64,000 bases of DNA from the NCBI GenBank assembly GCA_013265495.1, contig MU058423.1, positions 3,611,061 to 3,675,060 of the forward strand. Reading direction: 5' to 3'. The notes beneath the pieces are model-generated. The model had not been told where the DNA came from and made no database searches. It was given only the letters and a program-made list of their open reading frames with translations. This stretch comes from Vicugna vicugna (taxonomy: Eukaryota). Positions 48,820-59,354 of the stretch are shown here, in pieces. Positions within the stretch are counted from its first letter, which is position 1. The number at the start of each line of letters is the position of its first letter. Position numbers and translations under genes: made by a program.

Positions 48820-49400
48820 TAAATTAATTTATTCCACAAATATTTACCCAGCCCCTACTGATTACCTGGACCTTGGCTAAGTACCAAGGATTCAAAGGTG
48901 AACAAAACAGAGAGCCCTTGTATTTAAGAAATATAAGTTCTAGACCTGCATAGTCCAGTGTGGCAACCACTAGCCACATGCGGCTATTTACACTCAATTA
49001 ATTAAATTTAAGTAAATGAAAATTTATTAACTCAGCCCTACTAACCACATTGCAAGTGTTCCAATAGCCACATGTGGCTGGTGGCTGCCATTTTGGACAG
49101 AGCAGATACAGAGCATTTCCATCACTGCGGAAACTCCCTTGGACAGTGTTGGTCGAGTAAAAGGCAGGTGCAGTAGAGGGTAGCGTGCTGTAAAAGGTAC
49201 AAGCCAGGGCATTAGGGGGTCACAGAGGGTCTGACCCAGACTTCAGGAGTCAGGCAGGCTTCCAGAAGGAAGTGACGTCTGAGACCTGGGGGCTAAATTG
49301 AAGTGTTCAGTCTGGGGGAAGGGGAAGCGTCCAGACAGAAGAAACTGCATGTGGAGGGGCTGGGAGCTGACCAAGCTGAAGTGCCCTCACATAACCGGAT
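48820..49400 (-). mobile_element. L2 3' end split by MER3
   Basis: attccacaaatatttacccagcccctact...[MER3]...tcaggcaggcttccagaaggaagtgacgtctgag. Confidence 0.8.
48946..49151 (-). mobile_element. MER3 (hAT-Charlie MITE), full length
   Basis: ccactagccacatgcggctattt...aatagccacatgtggctggtggctgccattttggacagagcagata...catttccatcactgcggaaa...ttggacagtgttg; left flank ttctagac is a hAT-type target. Confidence 0.92.
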
Positions 49401-50449
49401 GGGGAAGAAGCATCGTTTGTGGCTTCATGCTTGATTTTTCAGCTTAGCCCACTCGCATTTTCCTATGCCAAGGGCAGGGTCCTGAAGGGATGGGCATGGG
49501 GACCCATCCATTTTGATGGTAGAGGGACTGTGTCCTCAAATTTTGGAGCACTGATGCCACATGAAAGGAATTTGCTAGATGAGAAGCTGTTGGATTTGGG
49601 CAGAGTTACAAATAAGGGATCTGATTCAGAGCTCTGAGGGCTGACTCCTGTGACCCCAGGTAAACCACCTCTCATGCTTCAGTCTTATTACACCTAAAAT
49701 CAACTCATTTTTCTGATTAGCACCCAAGTTAGGGAAGCCAAGAAATTTATTTTACAAATGGTGGCTTTCTTCTAGTGGAGTGTACGTTTGTTGAACCTAA
49801 GCATGCTCCCATTTGGACACAACTGGTCAAGTCTGAGCTAATTTAACTGCTCTGCACTCTGTTAATGTGTAACACTAGTTCAGTGGAAATGAGGGGCTCA
49901 AAAATGTTTAGCTTTGATTAAATCACACTGTCATTAGGAAAGACTGCATGAGAGGGAGACCCCTAAACCCAAAGATAAGCGGCTTTTTTCGGGAAAGAAA
50001 AAGTCGCCACTTGCTGGGCACCCAAGGGCCCGAGGGGCTTCATTCGAGTCTTTCAACTTCCTCTCAATCTCTCCAGAAGAGGAGGGACAAAGCGGGTGGC
50101 CCACTTCCTCCGCTCCACGTTCATCTCGCAGCTGCGAGAGGACCAGAGGCACCTGATTCAGACTCCCTGCTCCGCCTGTTCTGAGGGGAGCGACTGCGGC
50201 TGGGGTGGGCACATCTCTGTGTGTAAGCGACAACGGAACGAGGGATAGAGGTCAGCCTGGATTTGCAGGTAATTTCCAGGGGTGATTAGAGCCTGAACCT
50301 GACAGAGTTCCAGTGGCAGAAAATGGTTCCCTAAATTCAGGGGCTTTTCAGCATTCCAGGTACCTTAAGTGAGTTAAAATCAAAAATTTCTCCTTAGAAG
50401 AGAAAAAGGGAAATGAAAGATAAATTATGTTTCATAAAGCAGATATCTG

Positions 50450-50635
50450 GTTCATAGAATTTTAGAGCTGGAAGGGGTGTTAGAGAGAAGCTGATTTAAA
50501 TCTCTCTCTCTCTCTTTTTTGCTACCCAGGGCTTAAGACGTAATAAGATTAAATGCCCAACATACATTGTAAAGGGTAGAACTAAGAAACCTGGATATAT
50601 TAATTTTCTAATGCAGGGCTCTCTCCATTGACCTC
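50450..50635 (-). mobile_element. MIR3/MIR SINE fragment
   Basis: catagaattttagagctggaagggg...ttagag. Confidence 0.65.
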
Positions 50636-50929
50636 TTCTAATTCTTTTGCTTTACTATTTCTTTAAATTGTTTCTTTGACTCATGCATATCAATGTGTTA
50701 CTTAAATGATAATATTAGAAAATCACTATGGATTGTTTTATTTCTAGATATAACCCAGGGAGAATTGAGAGCTGTTCTCAGTTATCTACTCTCAAGAAGG
50801 CAGACTGATTCATCCAGTGTCAGAACTGCAGAAAGAAACCTGGAAAGAAAGAAACATGGACTGAAAATCTCAGTCCGTGTTGAATAAAACCCACCCCCAG
50901 TGAACTTGCGTATTTAAAGAGACCACACT

Positions 50930-51070
50930 GTTTTGTGGAATGAAATAGTGGGAGATTTGGGGGGAAAAAAAGGCCTAGTCTAAATACTCTACCAGTTTTC
51001 TGATTTAAGCAAGTTATTTAACTTCTCTGTATCTCAGTTTCCACATTTATAAGATATAAATAATATCATT
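50930..51070 (+). mobile_element. MIR SINE
   Basis: gcaagttatttaacttctctgtatctcagtttccacatttataa. Confidence 0.8.
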
Positions 51071-52219
51071 GTTCTTCTCCAGAGATGGGTCTTTGTGGTC
51101 CAAGAGTCCTAGAATGAGAATCCCCTATAAGTGCGAGCTGAGCTGACTTCTGAAATCCCAGTCTTTGCACCTGTAAATATGCAGTGTTTGCTGAGTGATT
51201 AACCAACTGATGGGTGCTGAAATGCCCAATGCAGAGACTGGGTGGAAGGGTAGGACAGGTGGAGGTGTGGCTGTTGAAAAAAGAGGAAGCCAGGGAAGGG
51301 GCATCTAGCTTCCCTCCTTTGGGGTAGGGCCTTCATGTGAGAGTGTCTCTCTTTCTTGTTCCTCGTTTGAAAGGATAAAAGTAATGGAGGGAAAAAGAGT
51401 AATGAAATGAAGTCAAGCAAATATGGTTAATACTAAAATGATGATAAACATTCTGCTAAATGATAAAATGGCCTTCTCAAGGAGCAGTCAGATCTGTTTA
51501 TTGTAATGAAGATGACAGAAACCTGCCTACTATGATCTCCTCAAGCAAGGTGGCTGTGTTGGAGTTCTGGAGGATTATTTCCAGGGGCAGCACTGCAAGT
51601 GGAGAATCAGCTCGGGGGGAGGGCTCAGTTTGGGAATTTGAAGGCAGAGAGTCCTGGGCTCCTGCTAGAGTGGGTCTGTGGCGGAAAGGCAAGCCCCATC
51701 AGGGAAGCTCATATTCCGCTGATTTCTCTCCATCTCCCTTCCCTTCTACTCACATTCCTTCTCCCCTCCAGCTCCCACCCCCAGACCCCACAGCTTACTT
51801 AGCCACGTCACAGCCCTGAATAAATCGTATCTTCCTCCACCTGGCATTCCCCCGCATTGCTGCCTCAAAATCCCTGCAGGTATTTGGTGACGGATGAACA
51901 TTTAGAAGCCAGAGAAACTGCTGCTTTATCAAGGTTGTATCTCTTCCTCTAATTTGCTGTTGTTGACTGGAGTGAAAAGGATGAAATTGATAAGCCTCAG
52001 TCATAAGCTGGGACAGTTGACCTGGAAGGGATGTTACCCTGATGGTTGGCCTCCAAGGACAGTGCAAGCTGAGTGAGACAGACAAATTATGGCCAGCCAG
52101 AAAGCCAAGATCAAAGGCCTTGGAAACATGGTGGCACAATTTGCAGTGTGTGTGACTGACAGGGCATAATGTGAGGACTGGGTTGATAACTAGTGAACAG
52201 CACTAACTATAGTTTTTGT

Positions 52220-52658
52220 CTGTCCAACGAGCTTTCCTACTTCCTTCTTCTGCTTTCTTTGGTGAACTCCTCCACTCCCCATAGTCTGAGCTAACCTGTT
52301 AAGCAGAATGTATCTCTTCTCCACCCCATATCGCCTACTCATAACCCACAGAGGTGGGCAGATGACTCTTCTTGGGCAAATTTGTTGATTCAGGAACAGC
52401 CATACACCTAAATCAGGCTGGTGTTCTTGGAATATCTTTGTGGGAGCTGGCAGGGAGAACCTGGGGGAACATAAAGAATTAAGAACAGCAGAGACAAGTG
52501 GAGAAAAGCAGGGGGGTGGGGAGAGAGAGAGAATGAGAATGAGAATTGGCATCATTAGAGCTGGATCCAGGCATGCTTGATCTACCCCTTGACTTCCCAG
52601 TTAAGCTAATACTTTTTCTTTTTTTCTCTCACTTGCAACCAAATGAGTCTTGAAGAAT
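52220..52658 (+). mobile_element. LTR16-like ERVL solo LTR
   Basis: cagaggtgggcagatgac...ctggatccaggcatgc...gacttcccagtta...tcacttgcaaccaaatgagtcttga. Confidence 0.65.
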
Positions 52659-52939
52659 TGCCAAGGTGGGCCAGAGGAAAAAATGGAGTGAGATTGGATG
52701 GTTTAGGAACTCAGATATCAAATGCTGGGCATGTTTAGGGTTTCTTAGTATTATGAACCAGAGCCAACTCATCAAAGGAGCTCTGCTTTCTCAGACAGAC
52801 ACAGTTTATAAGACCCAATACTATACTGAGGGAAAAAAACTCACATTAAATTTTCAAAGCTCACTCACCGATTATCCTAACAGCTAAGTCTATCTACAAC
52901 AGCTATCCATGCTGTATGCACATTATGATAACCACAAGA

Positions 52940-53135
52940 TACTGCTTCCACCTAAGACATCGAAAATGATCCAGCAAAAACATTGAGTACTGGCCTCTGT
53001 GGGTGAAATGGGCACTCACGCACTGCTGCTAGAAAGGTAAATGGACTTAGCCTTTCTAAAGGGACATTTTGTACTATGTGTTAAAAACCTGGAAATGTAC
53101 CAATTTTTGATCCATCAATTCTGATACTTCAGGTC
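52940..53135 (+). mobile_element. Ancient L1 (L1ME-type) ORF2 3' fragment
   Basis: tgtgggtgaaatgggcactcacgcactgctg...gtaaatgg...cctttct...tttgatccatcaattc. Confidence 0.65.
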
Positions 53136-53399
53136 CAATATGGGCTTTCACTTTCCCAGGAGGAACACCAAGGAAATAAAATTCTCAGTTAAAAGAACTA
53201 TTTGTGTAACATTAAGAAGAACACCCAAGTTCATGTCCTTTGTTACCACAGTTCTGTTTCCCACTTTGGAAGGCTCTGGCAAGCACGACCCTTTGTAATG
53301 CTAGCAATGATAATTTTTGTATTTTTGACTTGCACTTTGAGTAGTAAACGCACTTTGGAAAAGGTATACACTGCGATCAATTGAATGAACACCACCCAC

Positions 53400-53526
53400 C
53401 ACACCCCCTCAGATTATAAGTTTTGTGAGGGCTAGGATCTGTGTCTCTCTTGTTTACTGTTTTGTTTCTACTAACTAAAATCGTAGCTGGCTTACTACAT
53501 ACTTGTTGAGTGAATGAAAGAATGAG
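53400..53526 (+). mobile_element. L2 3' end
   Basis: agattataagttttgtgagggctagga...acttgttgagtgaatgaaagaatga. Confidence 0.75.
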
Positions 53527-55739
53527 TTTTCCTAGAAAGTGACTTGGAAAGATAGAAAAACCACCATGTGCTTCCTTTTCCCTGTGACTATTATGACCGT
53601 AAAGTACTATAAAGACCAGTGGTGCTTTATACATCTTAACTCAGAATTATGTGTTGTGAATTAGTCACGTAACAAGTAGAAGGTTAGAATTTTTGAACCT
53701 GAAGACAGTGCTTCTGGGATGTTTATCGTTACCTATATGTTCCCATGGAGAAAATGGAACTCTTCCTCTGTAGACATTCCTAGAAACCTTGTGGACATTA
53801 CACTGGGTCAGAAGATATGACACAGTTGTTGCCCCTGATCACAACTGGGGTACATGATTCAGGCTCCTGTACAGGTGCTGGTAAGTTAACAGAGGGTGGG
53901 CAGCTGCCTGGTCACAAATGCTCATTCTAGGGGAGCTGCTGGTGTTTTATAGAAGACTAAGAATTCAATTTTAGGTGTTATGGACACCTAAGCCTTTTCA
54001 TTAAAGAAATATTCCCTCCATGGCAGGCTTTTAGGTGGTCTAACTCCAGTTCTTGGCAGAACTCCCTATTCAATGTTGAATGCCTATATTTATTTGATTT
54101 CAGTTTCAATTCTGCTTGGGCACAGAAAGAGACTGTGTGGCTATTTAAGGCTCCTTCCACTCTCGTTCTATATATACGGTGAGCTTTCAGTAAATCTGAG
54201 GCAGTCATTTAACTTTGAAGCTTTATGTTATTACTGCTTTCTCCACTGCCCAGATAGGTCTTAATATTAGGTGTAACTATATGCCTTTATTTCTGACTCA
54301 TTTGTCAATCACTTACTTCTAAAAGCAGGTTTCTGAGAGGAGGGGGTGGGAGTGGGGGTGGGCGTAGCATCCCCTGGGTAATCCAACCCTAAGAAGTCTG
54401 ATGTCTTGGCTCAGCACTATGTGTGCATCTGGAAATCCAAGGCAAGGCATTTCCTGGCGCTTTACCAAGGATACTTTCTGGGCATAAGAAACTTGAAAAG
54501 TTATTCCATAAGGGGGAGAAAAGAATGCTATAAATGGTCCTATAAAAGGGAAATTAACTGTCTGATGTGGTTGCAGAAGAGCAACTGTATGCAATTGCTC
54601 CAAGGATTAAACTCCCAAAGCGTAATACCACCAACCTCTTCAAACCTCCCGGATAAACAAGCTGCCCACCTCCTCCTCCACCTCCTGAATGTGTAGTGTG
54701 TCAAAGATGCGTTGTAAAAGACTATGGTAGTAGAGAGAACTTGAACGTGGTGGGAAAAAACCAATTCTGTCTCTATACTGCGGGGCGAAAGAAAGTGCTA
54801 GGCAGCAATTCTTTACTGATGGAAATTTCCCTTTCCATCTTTCTTTCAAAAGATTGTACAAAACATAGGTTAATGATTCCTTTTTAGCAGACTGCAAAGT
54901 AAACTGTTGGAAGCTTGTTTGGGGTAATTCAGCAGGAGAAATGAACTGATTTTCCCCATCTGATAGGCAGTTGGACCTGAGGGATCTGTAGCTGTCATGG
55001 CGCTAGGCATTCAAAGATAGCAGCACAATGGCATTAAAAAATTATTCTATTGATTAAAAAAATAAGCCAGTCTGTAGCCCCTTTATTGGTACACTCTGCA
55101 TTCACCAGTTTCCAAAGTGCATCCTTGAGCCTGGAACCTCACGAAACCAGTTCTGTGAGTCAAGTTCAGACAGTTTGTTTATTTTAAGGGGCTCCTGGCT
55201 TGATTCATTCTGATCCTGAGCTGTGCTGACTTACTTGGCTACACCAGAAGGCTTGTTGAACTGTTTTGGTATCAATAATTCTCTCTTTTCTCACTAGAAA
55301 CTTCAAGCCTTTATTTAAAGCTTGCTTTCTATATCTGTCAGAAGCCACCTGCAATTTTAGACCTCTTTTTTTCTTCTCTCTCTCTTATCCAGTATCGGTT
55401 CTCTCATTCTTCAAACAGCTGCAGATTCAGACTTAGCCCCACACAGACCCTAATTCTTGCCCTTACAGGAAATAGTATATTAGGAGCTGCTAGTCCACGT
55501 GCCCTTTGCTCTGGCGTCAGGCAGTTCTTGAGCAGTGGTCTTATATCTATCTTTAATATTTCACTTCCTGGATTCAAACTCCTCACCTGTTCCCAACACG
55601 GATAACTGTCCCCTTGGCCTTTTCCTTGGCCACCTGGAATCCCAAGCTGTCTGGATTGTTCCTTGATCTGTGTGTAGCTAGAGACTGTAAATGTGTTTAC
55701 CATCTTTCTTTGCATTTATTTCTACGTATTTTATATTCT

Positions 55740-56535
55740 ATTTTAAAAACAGCAGAGGTTTTTTTAATTTTTATCGAAAATTATCTATTATATTTAAATC
55801 GATTTCATTGATATTTATCTAAAAGCATTTAGGTAATTTCTTTCTAGTCTTTTCCTAAACATATAGTATGAACATTCTACAGTATGAACATAAATTTAAT
55901 AGTGTGGAGATTTTTGGTGTTAGTAAATATCTCCTAGAACATGATTTTAAGTAGCTGCATCATATGGATGTGACAACCGGTTTCCAGTGGTTGATATTTA
56001 GGTGATGTCCAATTTTTCATTATCATAAATAATGCTGTAGGTATTATGCTTATACATAGAGTTTTGCCTGAATTTCAAGTTATTTGTTGATGATAAGCTT
56101 GGGTTTGGAATTATTAGGTCAAAATGTATGAACATTTTTAAGATTCCTCATGCAATACTGCCAAGTGGCTTTTGGATAAATTATACACTCTTTCATTAGC
56201 TGTATACGCAATTTCTGTTTCATTGTAGTTCTATCAAAATTAGTATTATTTTGATAATTTGATAAAGTAAAACAAAGTCTTATTGCTGTTTAAAGTTTTA
56301 CTTCCTCATGAGATTTATTTCTTCATTTATTTGATACACACTTAAAATTTCTCTTTTATTGTCTTATAGTCTTTGCTCATCTTCTATAATGGTTTTATGC
56401 TATATATTTTCAATTTGGATGAAATATTAAATATAAGAATATTTTACCCTTTATTACTATTTTGCCATGTATTTTTTCAGGTTGTTGTTTCTATCATTTA
56501 TTTTACAATAATCTTTGATTTGTTAACAGTTTGGA
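55740..56535 (-). mobile_element. Ancient L1 (L1ME-type) 3' region; resumes at ~59240-59350
   Basis: gatatttaggtgatgtccaatttttc...aaataatgctg...ggaattattaggtcaaaatgtatgaacattttt...tttgctcat. Confidence 0.75.
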
Positions 56536-56641
56536 TTTTTTAAATTGAAGTACAGTTGATTTATAGTATTATGTTAGTTTCAGATGTACAGCATAGCGAT
56601 TCAGTATTTTTACAGATTTCACTGCATTAAAAGTTATTATA
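56536..56641 (-). mobile_element. L1 3' terminus (tail end of the element continued at 58785-59112)
   Basis: ttttttaaattgaagtacagttgatttatagtattatgttagtttcagatgtacagcatagcgattcagt. Confidence 0.9.
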
Positions 56642-58748
56642 GAAGAGCAATCCAAGATGGTGGAACAGAAGGACCCTAAACTCCCCTCCCCTCTTGAACA
56701 CCAAGATCACAACAAACTGCAGAACAACCATTGATGAAAAAGACTGAGCTCTACCAGAAAAGATCTTCTAACTAAAGACAAAGACAGAATCAGAAGACAG
56801 GTAGGAGGGGTGGACTTGTAATGTAATCAAATCCCATACCCCCTGGGTGGGTGACCCGCAAACGGGAGAATAATTATATTACAGAGATTCTCCCACAGGA
56901 GTGAGAATTCTGAGCCCCTGGTCAGCCCTCTCACCCCGCAGCCCGGGGGTCTGGCACATGAAAGAGGAGCCTCCAGAGCATTTGGCTTTAAAGACCAGCA
57001 GGGCTTGATTGCAGGAGCTCCACAGGACTGGAGGAAATAGACTTCGCTCTCTAAGGGTGCATACAGTGTCTCATGTGCAGTGGGACCCAGGACAAAAGCA
57101 GTAATTTGATGGAGTCTGCACCAGACCTACCTGCTAGTCTTCAAGGATCTCCTGGGGAGGCAAGGGACAGTTATGGCCCACCGTGGGGTCATGGACGTGG
57201 GTGATGGGACACATGAGGGGGCATTCATCTGCATGAGTTCTCCTGGAGGCTGGCATCTTGGCATCAAGTCCTGGCCCCAGCAACAGTCTGTAGGCTCAAG
57301 TACTGGGACGCCTCAGGCCAAGCAACAAAGTGAGCGTGGACACAGCCCCGAGTGGGTGGGGACACAGGCTGGCTAAAGACCTCCTGGGCCTACAGTCACC
57401 TCTAGACACACCCTAGACATGACCCTCCCCACTAGAGGGCCCAGACCCAGCTCCACCCATCAGTGGGCAGGCACTACTGCCCCTCTTACAGGAAGCTTGC
57501 ACAAGTCTCTAGACCAGCTTCACTCACCAGAGGGCAGACACCAGAAACAAGACAACTATAGTCCTACAGCCTGCAGAATGAACCTGCAAACGCAGACCAG
57601 ACTGTACCCTGGGACCATCTTGCCCCAGCCTTTGGGTGATGAGACGAGAGTGAACTGCTGGGATGCACAGGACATCTCCTACAGAGGGCCATTTCTCCGA
57701 GGTTGAGAAACATAAATAACCTACCACATATATAAAAATACAAATAGCAATTTAGACAAAATGAGGCAACACAGGAATATTTTCAGATGAAGGAACAAGA
57801 TAAAACCTCAGAAGTACTAAGTGATGTGGAGATAGGCAAACTACCAGAGAAAGAGTTTGGAGTAATGATTGTAAAGAAGATCAAAGAACTCAAGAGGCGC
57901 ATGGATGCACAGAGTGAGAAGTTAGAAGTTTTTAACAGATAATTAGAAAATGTCAAGACCCACCAAACAGAGTTGGAGAATACAATACATGAAATGAAAA
58001 ATACAGTAGAAGAAATCAGTAGTAGACTAAATGAGGCATAAAAATGGACCCAGGAGCTGGAAGACAGAGTAGTGGAAATCACTGCTGCCAAACAGAAAAA
58101 AGAATGAAAAGAAATGAGGACAGTTTAAGAGACCTCTGGGACAACATCAAGCATGCTAATATTTGCATTATAGTGGTCCCAGGAGAAGAGAGAGAGAAAG
58201 AGCATGAGAAAACATTTGAAGAAATAATAGTTGAAAACTTCTCTAACCCATGAAAGGAAAGTCATCCAAGTTCAAGAAGTGCAGAGTTCCACACAGGATT
58301 AACCCAAAGAGGAATACACCTAGACATATTATCAAAATGATAAAAATTAAAGATAAAGAGAGAATATTAAAAGCAACGAGCAAAAAGCAACAAATATTGT
58401 ACAAAGGAACTCCCATAAGGCTATCAGCTGATTTTTCAGCAGGAAAGCTGCAGGTCAGAAGGAAGTGGCACCATATACTTAAAGTGATAAAAGAGAAAAA
58501 TCTACAACCAAGAATATTCTGTCCAGCAAGGTTCTTGTCCAGATTTGATGGAGTAATCAAAAGCTATACAGACAAGCAAAAGCTAAAAGAATTCAGCACC
58601 AACAAACCAGCTTTGCAACAAATGCTAAAGGAACTTCTTTAGGCATAAAAGAATCGGCCACAACTAGAAACAAGAAAATTACAAAATGGAAAACCTCACT
58701 GGTAAAGGCAAACATACAATAAAGGTAGGAAATCACCCACACACAAAG
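56642..58748 (+). mobile_element. LINE-1 with 5'UTR + ORF1 + start of the inter-ORF spacer only (no ORF2)
   Basis: Starts with a YY1-type caagatggtgg at 56653, has a ~1.1 kb GC-richer 5'UTR and ORF1 homology, and ends at aatcacccacacacaaag. Confidence 0.92.
57761..58642 (+). pseudogene. LINE-1 ORF1p (RNA-binding protein), frameshifted / with stops
   Basis: Peptides MKEQDK..EIGKLPEKEF, MKRNEDSLRDLWDNIKHANICII, RINPKRNTPRHII, KGTPIRLSADFS, KLKEFSTNKPALQQMLKELL*. Confidence 0.93.
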
Positions 58749-58750
58749 AT

Positions 58751-58775
58751 ACACACACACACACACACACACACA
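58751..58775. repeat. (AC)n microsatellite at the 3' junction of the ORF1-only L1
   Basis: Directly visible. Confidence 0.95.
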
Positions 58776-58784
58776 TATGCATAC

Positions 58785-59112
58785 TCTACAAGGTAATGGA
58801 TATGATTCCCTGTGCTATACAATATATCCTTATTGCTTATCTATTTTATATATAATTTGTATCTCTTAATCCTGTGTCCCTAACTTGCCCATCCTCCTTC
58901 CCTCTCCACACTGGTAAACACTAGCTTGTTTTCTATATCTGTGAGTCTGTTTCTGTTTTGCTTACACTTTCATTTGTATTATTTTTGAGATTCTACATGT
59001 AAGTGATACTGTATAGTGTTTGCCTTTCTCCATCTGACTTATTTCACTAAGCATAATATTATGTAGATCCATCTACATTCCTGCAAATAGCAGAATTTTA
59101 TTCTTTTTATGG
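58785..59112 (-). mobile_element. L1 3'UTR/ORF2 end (continuation of 56536-56641)
   Basis: ttccctgtgctatacaatatatcc...ctatatctgtgagtctgtttctgtttt...ctgacttatttcactaagcataat...attctttttatgg. Confidence 0.92.
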
Positions 59113-59185
59113 ATAAAGAAGATATGGTATATATATATATATATATACACACATACATATATATATATGGATAAAGAAGATATGG

Positions 59186-59220
<35 letters not shown>

Positions 59221-59238
59221 GGAATATTACTCAGCCAT
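59109..59238 (+). mobile_element. Inverted 5' piece of the same L1 (twin priming), with a tandem duplication and (TA)n(CA)n
   Basis: atggataaagaagatatggtatata...(x2)...ggaatattactcagccat is the L1 segment immediately upstream of ccataaaaagaat. Confidence 0.85.
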
Positions 59239-59354
59239 TTTAAATTTTTACATGTCAAATCTGTCACCCTTATTTTATGATTTCTTTTATTGTTTTTTTC
59301 AGTTGGATAGTTATTCCTTGTTCAGATATCAGGTAAACATTTATTCATTTGAAT

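Noticed and set aside
54539..54549. CArG (SRF) box CCTATAAAAGG
   Set aside because: It has seven, not six, A/T bases between CC and GG; treated as TATA-like only.
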